Shown here piece after piece: positions 44,039-52,163 of a stretch of DNA of 52,936 bases (position 1 is its first letter; each line of letters begins with the position of its first letter). The notes below the pieces were generated by a model, which was not told the DNA's origin, did not search any database, and saw nothing but the letters and a program-made list of their open reading frames with translations. Origin of the DNA: a virus (lineage: Duplodnaviria > Caudoviricetes); IMG/VR virus record IMGVR_UViG_3300032213_002156, positions 1 through 52,936 of that record; one strand, written 5' to 3'. The translations under genes were made by a program, and so were the position numbers.

Positions 44039-44875
44039 CTAAGAGGCGTCCGCGAAAAAACTTGTCATATCCAATGTAATAGCCTGTTTATATTCTTTAG
44101 TACATTCGCCACATGAAATTGTCAATGGTTGTATTTCTGCAGCTAATTTTGTTTCAATAATGTGATCTCTAATTTTACCAAATAGTCTACGATCACAATT
44201 TTTTAACATGTCTTCAATGTACTCGGGTTCGCTTACTAACGCATCAGGAGTTTTAACTGCTGAAATGCTTTGTGCCAATGCGCTTACAGTGATCTCTGTA
44301 ATTTTCATCAATGCCGCACTGAGCGCAGACATACGTTGTTCGTCGGGCATGTCGGTTCCCGGTAACACTTGTAGTATTTTCTGTTCTTCGAACTGTCGTT
44401 GATTATTCTCATTGAGGTTTCGGTACGACATTGGTTTAAAATATATTTCTAAATCTCCATCGTTTACGGGTTTAGAATAATCAGGAGCCTTCATATTCTC
44501 AAGCATGTTGCGTAAATCAATTCCGTAATCTGCTTCGTTTTTACAATGCGGACAAGTGGTTGAAATTTCCATTGTAGTTCCATAACTGGCCATGCGTATT
44601 GCAACCAAAATAGTATCCACATCCATGGCAGGTATGCTCCAAGGATCTTTAATAGCAGGAACGCAACTTTTAATAACATTAACAACAGCATTACCGTTGA
44701 ACAACGCATCGGGAGTCCTGTAAGTAATTTCATCAATTGCTGTCATTGGATAAACAGGCAGTTCTTGATTGGGCGGCATTGCAATTGCTCCTTCGGAATA
44801 ATATTTTCCGCCACTGGGCAACCGGACGTACACAGCCGGTTGTCTAAAATATTGTGTTAATGGGTTATTTGACAT
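44039..44875 (-). CDS. gp26: Baseplate hub assembly / tail chaperone protein, gp26-like (278 aa)
   Basis: 'VRLPSGG', 'PMTAIDE', 'DVDTILVAIRMASYG', zinc ribbons 'CPHC' and 'CGEC', C-terminal 'SFF'. Confidence 0.78.
   Translation of the reverse strand: MSNNPLTQYFRQPAVYVRLPSGGKYYSEGAIAMPPNQELPVYPMTAIDEITYRTPDALFNGNAVVNVIKSCVPAIKDPWSIPAMDVDTILVAIRMASYGTTMEISTTCPHCKNEADYGIDLRNMLENMKAPDYSKPVNDGDLEIYFKPMSYRNLNENNQRQFEEQKILQVLPGTDMPDEQRMSALSAALMKITEITVSALAQSISAVKTPDALVSEPEYIEDMLKNCDRRLFGKIRDHIIETKLAAEIQPLTISCGECTKEYKQAITLDMTSFFADAS
44054..44060 (-). other. Predicted -1 ribosomal frameshift heptamer T_TTT_TTC
   Basis: In-frame ...ACA AGT TTT TTC GCG... (X XXY YYZ) four sense codons before the TAG; the -1 frame is open to 43824. 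Confidence 0.7.
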
Positions 44876-44889
44876 GATTTTTTCCTAGG

Positions 44890-44895
44890 TAAATA
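44890..44895 (+). promoter_or_regulatory. Late promoter core TAAATA 5 nt upstream of the tape-measure ATG
   Basis: GGTAAATA-TAGTT-ATG. The same geometry occurs at 22154-22159 (-) and 49295-49300 (+). Confidence 0.65.
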
Positions 44896-44900
44896 TAGTT

Positions 44901-47423
44901 ATGGCAAGTATGTACACCCCCGAAGAAAAAGCAGAAATTGAAGCGCGAGCGACGGATGAGATAAAACGTCTTGGCGCTGTCTCCATTGAAACTAAAATGG
45001 CATTAATGGACATGTCCGTTGGTGTTAAAGGGTTCACTGGTAGTTTAACCAAAGGGTTTGGACAACTGGGAACTTCTGCACTGGGATTAACTAAACAACT
45101 GGCAGACGGTGAAATTGGTGCGTCGGTATTTAACAAATCCATCGGCGGCGTGGCAGATGCACTGGGAGATCTACTAGGATTGATTCCTTATGTGGGCGGT
45201 GCACTTAAAACACTGGTCAAAGGTGCGTCAGAGTACACGCAGGCAGTAAATCAACAGGCAGATTTACTGTATAAAAATTATCAAGAAATGTCTAAAATGG
45301 GTGCTACAGCATCCGATGGCATGCAAGGTGTTTATGATAATCTAAAACGCATGAACTACGGCACTGACGAACTGGACAAGTTCGTCAGTATTGTTAAAGA
45401 AAACTCAGTAACATTGGCCAATTTTGGCGGCACAGCAAGTCAAGGCCTTAACCAACTGGCCTCTGTGTCTTCGTCTATACAGCAAAGTGATATGGGACGC
45501 CAGTTCCGAGACATGGGCATGAGTGTTGACGAAGTTAACAAAGGCATTGCAAGTTATACAAAACTACAAATGCTGTCCGGTGCTCGACAAAAAATGTCCG
45601 CAGACGAGCAAGCCGCGGCAGCTGCCAACTACATTAAAGAAACAGACTTATTAGCAAAAATAACCGGTAAGAATAGAGAACAACAAGAACAGTCGCGCGA
45701 AAGTGCATTGGCAGAAGAACGCTATGCTGCCTACAAAACAGAATTAGAACAACGTGCTGCCATGGGCGACACAGCGGCTGCTGAACAACTTAAACAAGTT
45801 GAACGTACACAGATACAGTTAGACAAAGTGGCCCCTGAAACTCGCAAAGGTTTCTTGAACATCCTGTCAGGTAGTTTGAATACTCCAGAAGCACAAAAGT
45901 TGCTGTTGACAATGCCTAACGCGGCCGCAGTAGCAGGACAAGAAACATTTACACAGGCTGAATTCATGGCAGCCGCACAGAAAGATGCAGCCGCAAATGT
46001 AACAGGTTACGCCAAAGATTTGGCCAAAATGGGTGTTAACAACGAGACGTTTATAGCCTTCCAAGAACAAAACAAACTGGCAGCTATGGGTGTGACTGGA
46101 ACAGTTGAAGAGCAGTTAGAGGCAGCTAAAAAAGCACAAACTGTTACAGATAAAACCACGCAGAACATGACAGATCTGCAGGATGCCAATCGCGCATCAC
46201 GTGATAAATTGCAAGATTTAATCAACGCTGGTATAACTCCTGTTACAACTGGAATGAAAGGGCTGGCCAACGCCACTGATAAGACCATTGAAGCCATGAC
46301 TAAGTTGGCTAATGCGGCCGGAGTCACAACTAAAAAACGTGATGAACCAGGAGCTGCCGCACAAGCCGCACCAAGACCGGCTGCGCCGCCTCCTACTGCA
46401 CCTGCGGCAGCACCAGCCCCAGCGGCAGCTAAACCGGCAGCACCTGCGGCAGAACCTGCGGCAGCACCTGCCAAGACAGCGGCAGCACCAGCGGCAGCAC
46501 CTGCCAAACCAGCGGCAGCACCAGCGGCAGCACCAGCGGCAGCACCAGCGACAGCACCTGCGGCAGCACCTGCGGCAGCACCTGCCAAACCAGCGGCAGA
46601 ACCTGCGGCAGCACCAGCTGGTGGTAATGAAAAAGTTGGATTTTTAGATAAAGCATTAAATCGATTGGCAGGACAAACTCCGTCGGCAGCACCTGCGGCA
46701 GCCAAGCCAGCCGGGGCTAAACCATTGGCGGCGGCGGCAAAACCTAGTCCTCGACCACCAGAAGGATCTGGAGCATCAGAATCTGGTCCAGACAAAGCGT
46801 TGGCCTCGGCAGTTGATTTAACAAAAATATTAAAATTTACTGCTAGATCTGGTAGTCAACAAGCCTTTGAAGGCCTAAATGACACATTTAAAAATTCTGT
46901 TATCTCTGCCGCAACTGAGTATAACAAATTAACCGGCGGTGTGTTACAGATTAACAGTGCCAAACGAGATCCTGTAGACCAGCAAAGAATTTGGGATGAA
47001 TCTGTAGACGCCGGTAGACCTGGCGTAAGTCCAACAGGTATGCCTATAGGCAAGCCTGGACGTAGTTTACACGAAAAAGGCGAAGCAATTGATGTTCAAA
47101 ATTACCAAGATCCAATTGCTGTGTCTGCACTTAACAAATACGGATTAACGCAAAAAGTACCCAAAGATCCAGTACATTTTCAAGCCAAAGATGGTGGTGT
47201 AGTTCCACCGCTGCCAGGAGGATCAACAGTACTAGCAGGCGAAGCCGGGCAGTCCGAAGCAGTGGTTCCGTTACCAGATGGTAAAACAATACCTGTACAA
47301 ATGGTTGGCAATGAAGAACAAATGATCATGATGGCAGCACAACTAGATAAACTAGATCAAATGGTACGCATCATGCAAAATCAAGTAGGTGTGTCGGAGC
47401 AAATATTGAAGTATGCACAGTGA
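44901..47423 (+). CDS. Tape measure-like protein with Ala/Pro linker and C-terminal peptidase M15-like domain (840 aa)
   Basis: Long helical Ala/Gln/Lys-rich N-terminal region and a PAAA linker. 'QINSAKRD..DQ...PGRSLHEKGEAIDV...DPVHFQ' is an M15/LAS Zn-peptidase motif (SxHxxGxAxD; H). C-terminal 'GG.V......LAGEAGQSEAVVPL' tape-measure motif. Confidence 0.75.
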   Translation: MASMYTPEEKAEIEARATDEIKRLGAVSIETKMALMDMSVGVKGFTGSLTKGFGQLGTSALGLTKQLADGEIGASVFNKSIGGVADALGDLLGLIPYVGGALKTLVKGASEYTQAVNQQADLLYKNYQEMSKMGATASDGMQGVYDNLKRMNYGTDELDKFVSIVKENSVTLANFGGTASQGLNQLASVSSSIQQSDMGRQFRDMGMSVDEVNKGIASYTKLQMLSGARQKMSADEQAAAAANYIKETDLLAKITGKNREQQEQSRESALAEERYAAYKTELEQRAAMGDTAAAEQLKQVERTQIQLDKVAPETRKGFLNILSGSLNTPEAQKLLLTMPNAAAVAGQETFTQAEFMAAAQKDAAANVTGYAKDLAKMGVNNETFIAFQEQNKLAAMGVTGTVEEQLEAAKKAQTVTDKTTQNMTDLQDANRASRDKLQDLINAGITPVTTGMKGLANATDKTIEAMTKLANAAGVTTKKRDEPGAAAQAAPRPAAPPPTAPAAAPAPAAAKPAAPAAEPAAAPAKTAAAPAAAPAKPAAAPAAAPAAAPATAPAAAPAAAPAKPAAEPAAAPAGGNEKVGFLDKALNRLAGQTPSAAPAAAKPAGAKPLAAAAKPSPRPPEGSGASESGPDKALASAVDLTKILKFTARSGSQQAFEGLNDTFKNSVISAATEYNKLTGGVLQINSAKRDPVDQQRIWDESVDAGRPGVSPTGMPIGKPGRSLHEKGEAIDVQNYQDPIAVSALNKYGLTQKVPKDPVHFQAKDGGVVPPLPGGSTVLAGEAGQSEAVVPLPDGKTIPVQMVGNEEQMIMMAAQLDKLDQMVRIMQNQVGVSEQILKYAQ
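46401..46619 (+). repeat. Imperfect 12-bp tandem repeat CC(T/A)GCGGCAGCA encoding PAAA/PAAE/PAK units
   Basis: Directly visible tandem array inside the tape-measure-like CDS. Confidence 0.9.
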
Positions 47424-47427
47424 TCGC

Positions 47428-47435
47428 GGTAAATA
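47428..47435 (+). promoter_or_regulatory. Late promoter GGTAAATA upstream of portal
   Basis: Intergenic TAAATA core followed by an AAGGA SD and ATG 47462. Confidence 0.6.
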
Positions 47436-47461
47436 TTGCTGTATGCAAAAGGAAATGTTAA

Positions 47462-49297
47462 ATGGCTGAATCAACAGTTGGTAACGAATCTGGCCCAGGC
47501 CGCAAAAGGGGCTGGCTCAAGTATTTCAAAGTGGCCGCAGGTGACGCTAATGGCCAACTGAGTCCTATTTCTGGGCGCAATCAATCTGGCCTGCCAGGGT
47601 ACGACCGCCAAAATGGCTACACTGGCAACACAGGAACAGGCAATGATTTTGCATTCCGTAACTATGCTAGCCGTTTGCCCGAAGTTTATTCTGGACACCC
47701 CAATCGTATTGAGCGTTATAACCAATATGAAAACATGGACCTTGATAGTGAGATCAATGCATGTTTGGACATTATTGCAGAGTTTAGTACACAGAACAAC
47801 GAAGATAACAACACACCCTTTGATATCACGTTCAAAGAAACACCCACTGACCACGAAGTAGAAATTATTAAAAAGCAGTTACAACAATGGACCAAACTGA
47901 ACAAGTTAGACCAGCGCATGTTTAAACTGTTCCGTAACACCATCAAGTATGGTGATCAGGTGTTTGTGCGTGATCCAGAAACATTTGAAATGTACTGGGT
48001 TGACATGGTCAAAGTCAGCAGAGTCATTGTAAACGAATCTGAAGGCAAGCGTCCCGAGCAGTATATTATTCGTGACATCAATCCCAACTTCCAAAATTTA
48101 AGTATTGCACAAAAGACCACCAGCGACTACTATGTTAGCCGGTCAACAGGTAGCACAGGGCAAACCAACTACTCGGCACCCAATGGTGGCGGGGGTGGCG
48201 GGGGTGGTGGCACAGTGGGCAATAGCAGATTTGCACAGGCCATGAACGAAACCTGTATTGATGCCAAACACGTGGTACACATGAGTTTGAATGAAGGATT
48301 AGATTACTTCTGGCCATTTGGGCAAAGTATATTAGAAAACATCTTTAAAGTTTACAAACAAAAAGAATTGTTAGAAGACTCTGTGCTGATCTATCGTGTA
48401 AGCCGTGCTCCAGAGCGTAGAGTGTTTAAAATTGACGTGGGCAACATGCCCAGCCACATGGCTATGGCCTTTGTTGAACGTGTTAAAAACGAAATGCACC
48501 AGCGTAGAATTCCCACGGTGAATGGTGGCGGCGCAAACTTAATGGATGCCAGTTACAATCCACTGAGTATCAACGAAGATTACTTTTTCCCACAAACAGC
48601 AGACGGTCGTGGATCCAGCGTAGACACTTTACCAGGCGGTACAGGGCTCGGCGAAATTGACGATTTAAAGTACTTCAACAACAAAATGGCACGTGGTTTA
48701 CGTGTGCCATCGAGCTACTTGCCCACTGGTCCTGACGACTCAGACCGTGCAATGAACGACGGAAAAGTAGGCACAGCACTGATACAAGAGTACAGATTTA
48801 ACCAATATTGCGAACGTTTACAGCGTTTAATCATGCAAAAACTTGATGATGAATTCAAGATGTTCATGAAATGGCGCGGTTTTAACATTGACAACAGCAT
48901 TTTTGATATTGTACTAGGTCCTCCACAGAACTTTGCTAGTTACCGTCAGGCAGAAATGGATACTAGCCGTGTGAGCACATTTGGTGCACTAGAGCAGTTG
49001 CCCTACATGAGCAAGCGTTTCTTAATGGAACGCTACTTAGGATTGAGTCAAGAAGAGATTGTAGAGAACGAAAAACTATGGCGCGAAGAACGTGATCAGC
49101 CAGAGTTAAGCACTACACAAGGACAAGATTTACGTAGTATTGGTATTACTCCAGCAGGTATGGAAGCAGATATCAACACCGGTGAAGAACTGGCGGCCAT
49201 GCCACCTGCTGGCACGCCCGATGTTGGCGGCATGCCTGGAGCCCCGGCTGGCGCAGGAACAGCACCCTCGGCCGCTCCTCCGCCGGCAACAGCATAA
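47462..49297 (+). CDS. gp20: Portal protein gp20 (611 aa)
   Basis: 'LLEDSVLIYRVSRAPERRVFKIDVGNMP', 'EDYFFPQ...GRGSSVDTLPGG', 'DDLKYFNNKMARGLRVPSSYL' are T4 gp20 motifs. Confidence 0.95.
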   Translation: MAESTVGNESGPGRKRGWLKYFKVAAGDANGQLSPISGRNQSGLPGYDRQNGYTGNTGTGNDFAFRNYASRLPEVYSGHPNRIERYNQYENMDLDSEINACLDIIAEFSTQNNEDNNTPFDITFKETPTDHEVEIIKKQLQQWTKLNKLDQRMFKLFRNTIKYGDQVFVRDPETFEMYWVDMVKVSRVIVNESEGKRPEQYIIRDINPNFQNLSIAQKTTSDYYVSRSTGSTGQTNYSAPNGGGGGGGGGTVGNSRFAQAMNETCIDAKHVVHMSLNEGLDYFWPFGQSILENIFKVYKQKELLEDSVLIYRVSRAPERRVFKIDVGNMPSHMAMAFVERVKNEMHQRRIPTVNGGGANLMDASYNPLSINEDYFFPQTADGRGSSVDTLPGGTGLGEIDDLKYFNNKMARGLRVPSSYLPTGPDDSDRAMNDGKVGTALIQEYRFNQYCERLQRLIMQKLDDEFKMFMKWRGFNIDNSIFDIVLGPPQNFASYRQAEMDTSRVSTFGALEQLPYMSKRFLMERYLGLSQEEIVENEKLWREERDQPELSTTQGQDLRSIGITPAGMEADINTGEELAAMPPAGTPDVGGMPGAPAGAGTAPSAAPPPATA

Positions 49298-49305
49298 ATA
49301 CTTGT

Positions 49306-49527
49306 ATGATTTTAAACGAACTTTACCAACGTGACCCTGAAGGCTACCAAGATGTTGCTCAAGACAACAGCCAGCCTCAAAAAAATCAACTACGTAAAAC
49401 TCGTTTAACATTACGACAGTTAAGCAAGTTACGTCAGATGAACGACGTACGAACTTATGAATACAAAGAGAAACTCAAAGATATTCGTAAGCAGTATGCT
49501 CCCCCGGCCGCCCCTCCTGGCCTTTAA
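49306..49527 (+). CDS. Small conserved head-module protein (73 aa)
   Basis: Clean ORF after the portal with an 'RKTRLTLRQLSKLR' motif; TAAATA 5 nt upstream. Confidence 0.65.
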   Translation: MILNELYQRDPEGYQDVAQDNSQPQKNQLRKTRLTLRQLSKLRQMNDVRTYEYKEKLKDIRKQYAPPAAPPGL

Positions 49528-49565
49528 TAAAATAGTCAAATTCACCAGTTTTGACGTCTAAATAT

Positions 49566-49604
49566 GCTCAGTTTACTACTTTTGTGTAAGTAGTAAACAT
49601 GAGC
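49566..49604. promoter_or_regulatory. Long stem-loop in the leader of the prohead core/protease/scaffold/capsid operon
   Basis: GTTTACTACTT (49571-49581) / AAGTAGTAAAC (49588-49598) perfect 11 bp, extended by GCTCA/TGAGC. TAAATA lies directly upstream at 49559-49564. Confidence 0.6.
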
Positions 49605-49626
49605 CATAACCTTTGGAGGAAACAAT

Positions 49627-50388
49627 ATGACATCAAAATTTGAACAGTTAATTGAATTCGTAATTAACGATGAAGAAGCGAAAGCTAAAGAACTATTTCA
49701 TGATATCGTTGTTGAGAAATCACGCGAAATCTACGAAAGTTTAATGGAAGAAGAAGAAGGTGAAGAACTAGCCACTGAAGAAGTTGACGAAGATGTAGAG
49801 AACGACGGCGACGCTGCTGACGATTTGATCACTGATGTAGAAACTGAAGAAGAAGGCATGAATGAAGAAGATGACGACATGGATGCTGAGTTTGACGACG
49901 AAGCAGAAGAAGCCGGCGATGATCTTACACACGACATTGAAGGTGCCCATGATGCAGGCGAAGGCGATATCGAAGACCGTGTGGTTGACCTAGAAGACAA
50001 GCTGGACGAACTAATGGCTGAATTTGAAGCCATGATGGGCGGCGAAGAAGAACAAGAATTTGACATGGATGCTGGCGGCGACGCAATTGAAATGGATGAT
50101 ACATCAGAAATTATGCCTGAAATGGGCATGATGGAAGCTGTAAGTTTGTCCAAAGTAGCTCCTGCTAAAATGGGCGACGACGGTGCTAACACCAAAAGTG
50201 TAGTGCCACAGAACTCGGGTGCCAAAGGTATGCAAGGTTCTCCAGTTCGGATGACTGGAGATACAGCCCAAGGCCGTTCTGCTCCATCTGTAAAAGATAT
50301 GGGCATGACAACAAGTCCTAAACAAGGTGCCGCACCAAAGCCAGTGACCACACAGGCTGCAGGCGTAAACACTAAATCTCCAGTATAA
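49627..50388 (+). CDS. Highly acidic prohead core/scaffold-like protein (253 aa)
   Basis: Asp/Glu-rich, located between portal and protease (gp67/gp68 position); strong GGAGG SD. Confidence 0.65.
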   Translation: MTSKFEQLIEFVINDEEAKAKELFHDIVVEKSREIYESLMEEEEGEELATEEVDEDVENDGDAADDLITDVETEEEGMNEEDDDMDAEFDDEAEEAGDDLTHDIEGAHDAGEGDIEDRVVDLEDKLDELMAEFEAMMGGEEEQEFDMDAGGDAIEMDDTSEIMPEMGMMEAVSLSKVAPAKMGDDGANTKSVVPQNSGAKGMQGSPVRMTGDTAQGRSAPSVKDMGMTTSPKQGAAPKPVTTQAAGVNTKSPV

Positions 50389-50394
50389 GAGATT

Positions 50395-51042
50395 ATGGCT
50401 CGTTACCTACAAGAACACTTGACATTCTCACAAGCGCAGGTCGAACTGCTGAGTGAGGATGCTCAGGATGGTTCTGGTAAAACCCTTTACATGCAAGGAA
50501 TCTGCATTGAAGGTGATAAGCGTAATGCTAATGAAAGAATATACCCTGCTCACGAAATTCGTAAAGCAGTTGGCACTATTAATGAACAACTTAAGAGTGG
50601 CAATTCGGTATTGGGAGAAGTAGATCATCCAGATGATCTTAAAATTAACCTAGACCGTGTGAGTCACATGATTGATAAAATGTGGTGCGACGGTGCAATC
50701 GGTTATGGAAAATTGAAGATATTACCAACGCCAATGGGACAACTGGTTAAAACCATGTTGGACAGCGGTGTTAGATTAGGTGTTTCAAGTCGTGGGTCAG
50801 GAAACGTCGACGACAGAACAGGACATGTCAGTGACTTTGAAATAGTCACTGTAGATGTAGTTGCACAACCCAGTGCTCCAAATGCATATCCCACAGCAAT
50901 ATATGAAGGCCTCATGAACATGAAGTACGGTCATAGATTGTTGGAAGTGGCACGTGAAGCCGGCGCGGACAACAAGGTACAGAGATATTTGAAAAGTGAA
51001 GTAGTAAAACTGATCAAAGATCTCAAAATTAGGGAGGAATAA
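50395..51042 (+). CDS. gp21: Prohead protease gp21 (215 aa)
   Basis: 'NANERIYP', 'LGEVDHP', 'ILPTPMG', 'GVSSRGSG', 'DVVAQPSAPNAY'. Confidence 0.95.
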   Translation: MARYLQEHLTFSQAQVELLSEDAQDGSGKTLYMQGICIEGDKRNANERIYPAHEIRKAVGTINEQLKSGNSVLGEVDHPDDLKINLDRVSHMIDKMWCDGAIGYGKLKILPTPMGQLVKTMLDSGVRLGVSSRGSGNVDDRTGHVSDFEIVTVDVVAQPSAPNAYPTAIYEGLMNMKYGHRLLEVAREAGADNKVQRYLKSEVVKLIKDLKIREE

Positions 51043-51044
51043 GC

Positions 51045-52145
51045 ATGTTAGATGCTATTAAACCGTTACTAGATAGCGACTTGATCACCGAGGAAACTCG
51101 CCAGGAGATCAACGAAGCTTGGGAAGCCAAGCTGGTTGAGGCTCGTGAACAGGCTCGTGCAGAACTCCGCGAAGAGTTTGCACAACGCTATGAACATGAC
51201 AAAACAGTGATGGTGGAAGCCCTAGATCGTATGGTAACAGATGGTCTTACTGCAGAGATTCAAGCCGTTGCTGCCGAAAAAGCACAATTGGTAGAAGATC
51301 GCGTTCGATTCCAAAGCAAGATGAATGAAAATGCCACAAAGTTTAACAGCTTTATGGTCACTAAACTTGCCGAAGAAATTAGCGAACTGCGTAAGGATCG
51401 TAAGCAGCACAATGAAGGACTCCAGAAATTGGAAGGCTTTATTGTTCATGCATTGGCTCGCGAAATTCAAGAATTCGCAACTGACAAACGTGATGTTGTA
51501 GAAACAAAAGTTCGTCTAGTACGTGAAGCACGTAGCCAATTGGAAGCATTGAAAGCACGTTTCGTAACTGAATCTGCACAGAAAATGTCACAATCTGTTA
51601 GCCGTCATCTAAAGGCCGAACTCAGTCAATTACAAGAAGACATCAAAGTTGCTCGCGAGAACAATTTTGGTCGTCGTATCTTTGAAGCATATGCAAGTGA
51701 ATTTGGTGCTACCCATCTCAATGAGAAAGCGGAAGTGCGCAAGTTACACGATACAATTGCAAACAAAGATGCAAAATTGTCTGAAGCCATCAAACTTATT
51801 AAGAATGCAAAAGTTCTTAATGAGTCAAAAGAGCGTGAAATACGAATGATTAAAGAGTCCAACCAACGTGCAAACGTTATGGACGAATTACTAGCCCCTC
51901 TTAACAAAGAGAAGCAAGAAGTCATGCGTAATTTACTCGAAAGCGTCCAAACTCCACGTTTGAAAAACGCATTTGAAAAGTATCTACCGGCTGTTCTAAC
52001 CGACCGCTCTGTAAAAGCCTCTAAAGTGATTACAGAATCCGTGTCAGCAGTCACCGGCGATAAATCTGCCCGTAGCCAAATTGAAGACGACAGTGCTGAA
52101 TCTAGCAATGTTATCGACATCAAGCGTTTGGCAGGGTTAAATTAA
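51045..52145 (+). CDS. gp22: Prohead scaffolding protein gp22-like (366 aa)
   Basis: Coiled-coil, Glu/Lys-rich, 'FGRRIFEAYASEF'; lies between the protease and major capsid genes; GGAGG SD. Confidence 0.8.
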   Translation: MLDAIKPLLDSDLITEETRQEINEAWEAKLVEAREQARAELREEFAQRYEHDKTVMVEALDRMVTDGLTAEIQAVAAEKAQLVEDRVRFQSKMNENATKFNSFMVTKLAEEISELRKDRKQHNEGLQKLEGFIVHALAREIQEFATDKRDVVETKVRLVREARSQLEALKARFVTESAQKMSQSVSRHLKAELSQLQEDIKVARENNFGRRIFEAYASEFGATHLNEKAEVRKLHDTIANKDAKLSEAIKLIKNAKVLNESKEREIRMIKESNQRANVMDELLAPLNKEKQEVMRNLLESVQTPRLKNAFEKYLPAVLTDRSVKASKVITESVSAVTGDKSARSQIEDDSAESSNVIDIKRLAGLN

Positions 52146-52163
52146 TTAAAAAGGAGACATTAA

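Noticed and set aside
46401-46619. Tandem repeats considered as a possible CRISPR or guide array
   Set aside because: The 12-bp units are contiguous, have no unique spacers and are in frame within a CDS; no cas genes are present.
46007-46795. 262-aa antisense ORF and the alternative-frame Gln/His/Arg-repeat ORF 46312..46647
   Set aside because: Both are shadows of the GC-rich PAAA repeat in the tape-measure-like gene; there are no independent expression signals.
47443-47469. Short upstream ORF (MQKEMLNG*) overlapping the portal start
   Set aside because: It is only 8 codons and the portal has its own AAGGA SD. It cannot be distinguished from chance without ribosome profiling.
48184-48212. 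Poly-Gly, G-rich tract in the portal gene (possible G-quadruplex or contingency locus)
   Set aside because: It is a short, in-frame, mixed-codon tract in a variable loop, with no evidence of function beyond a flexible linker.
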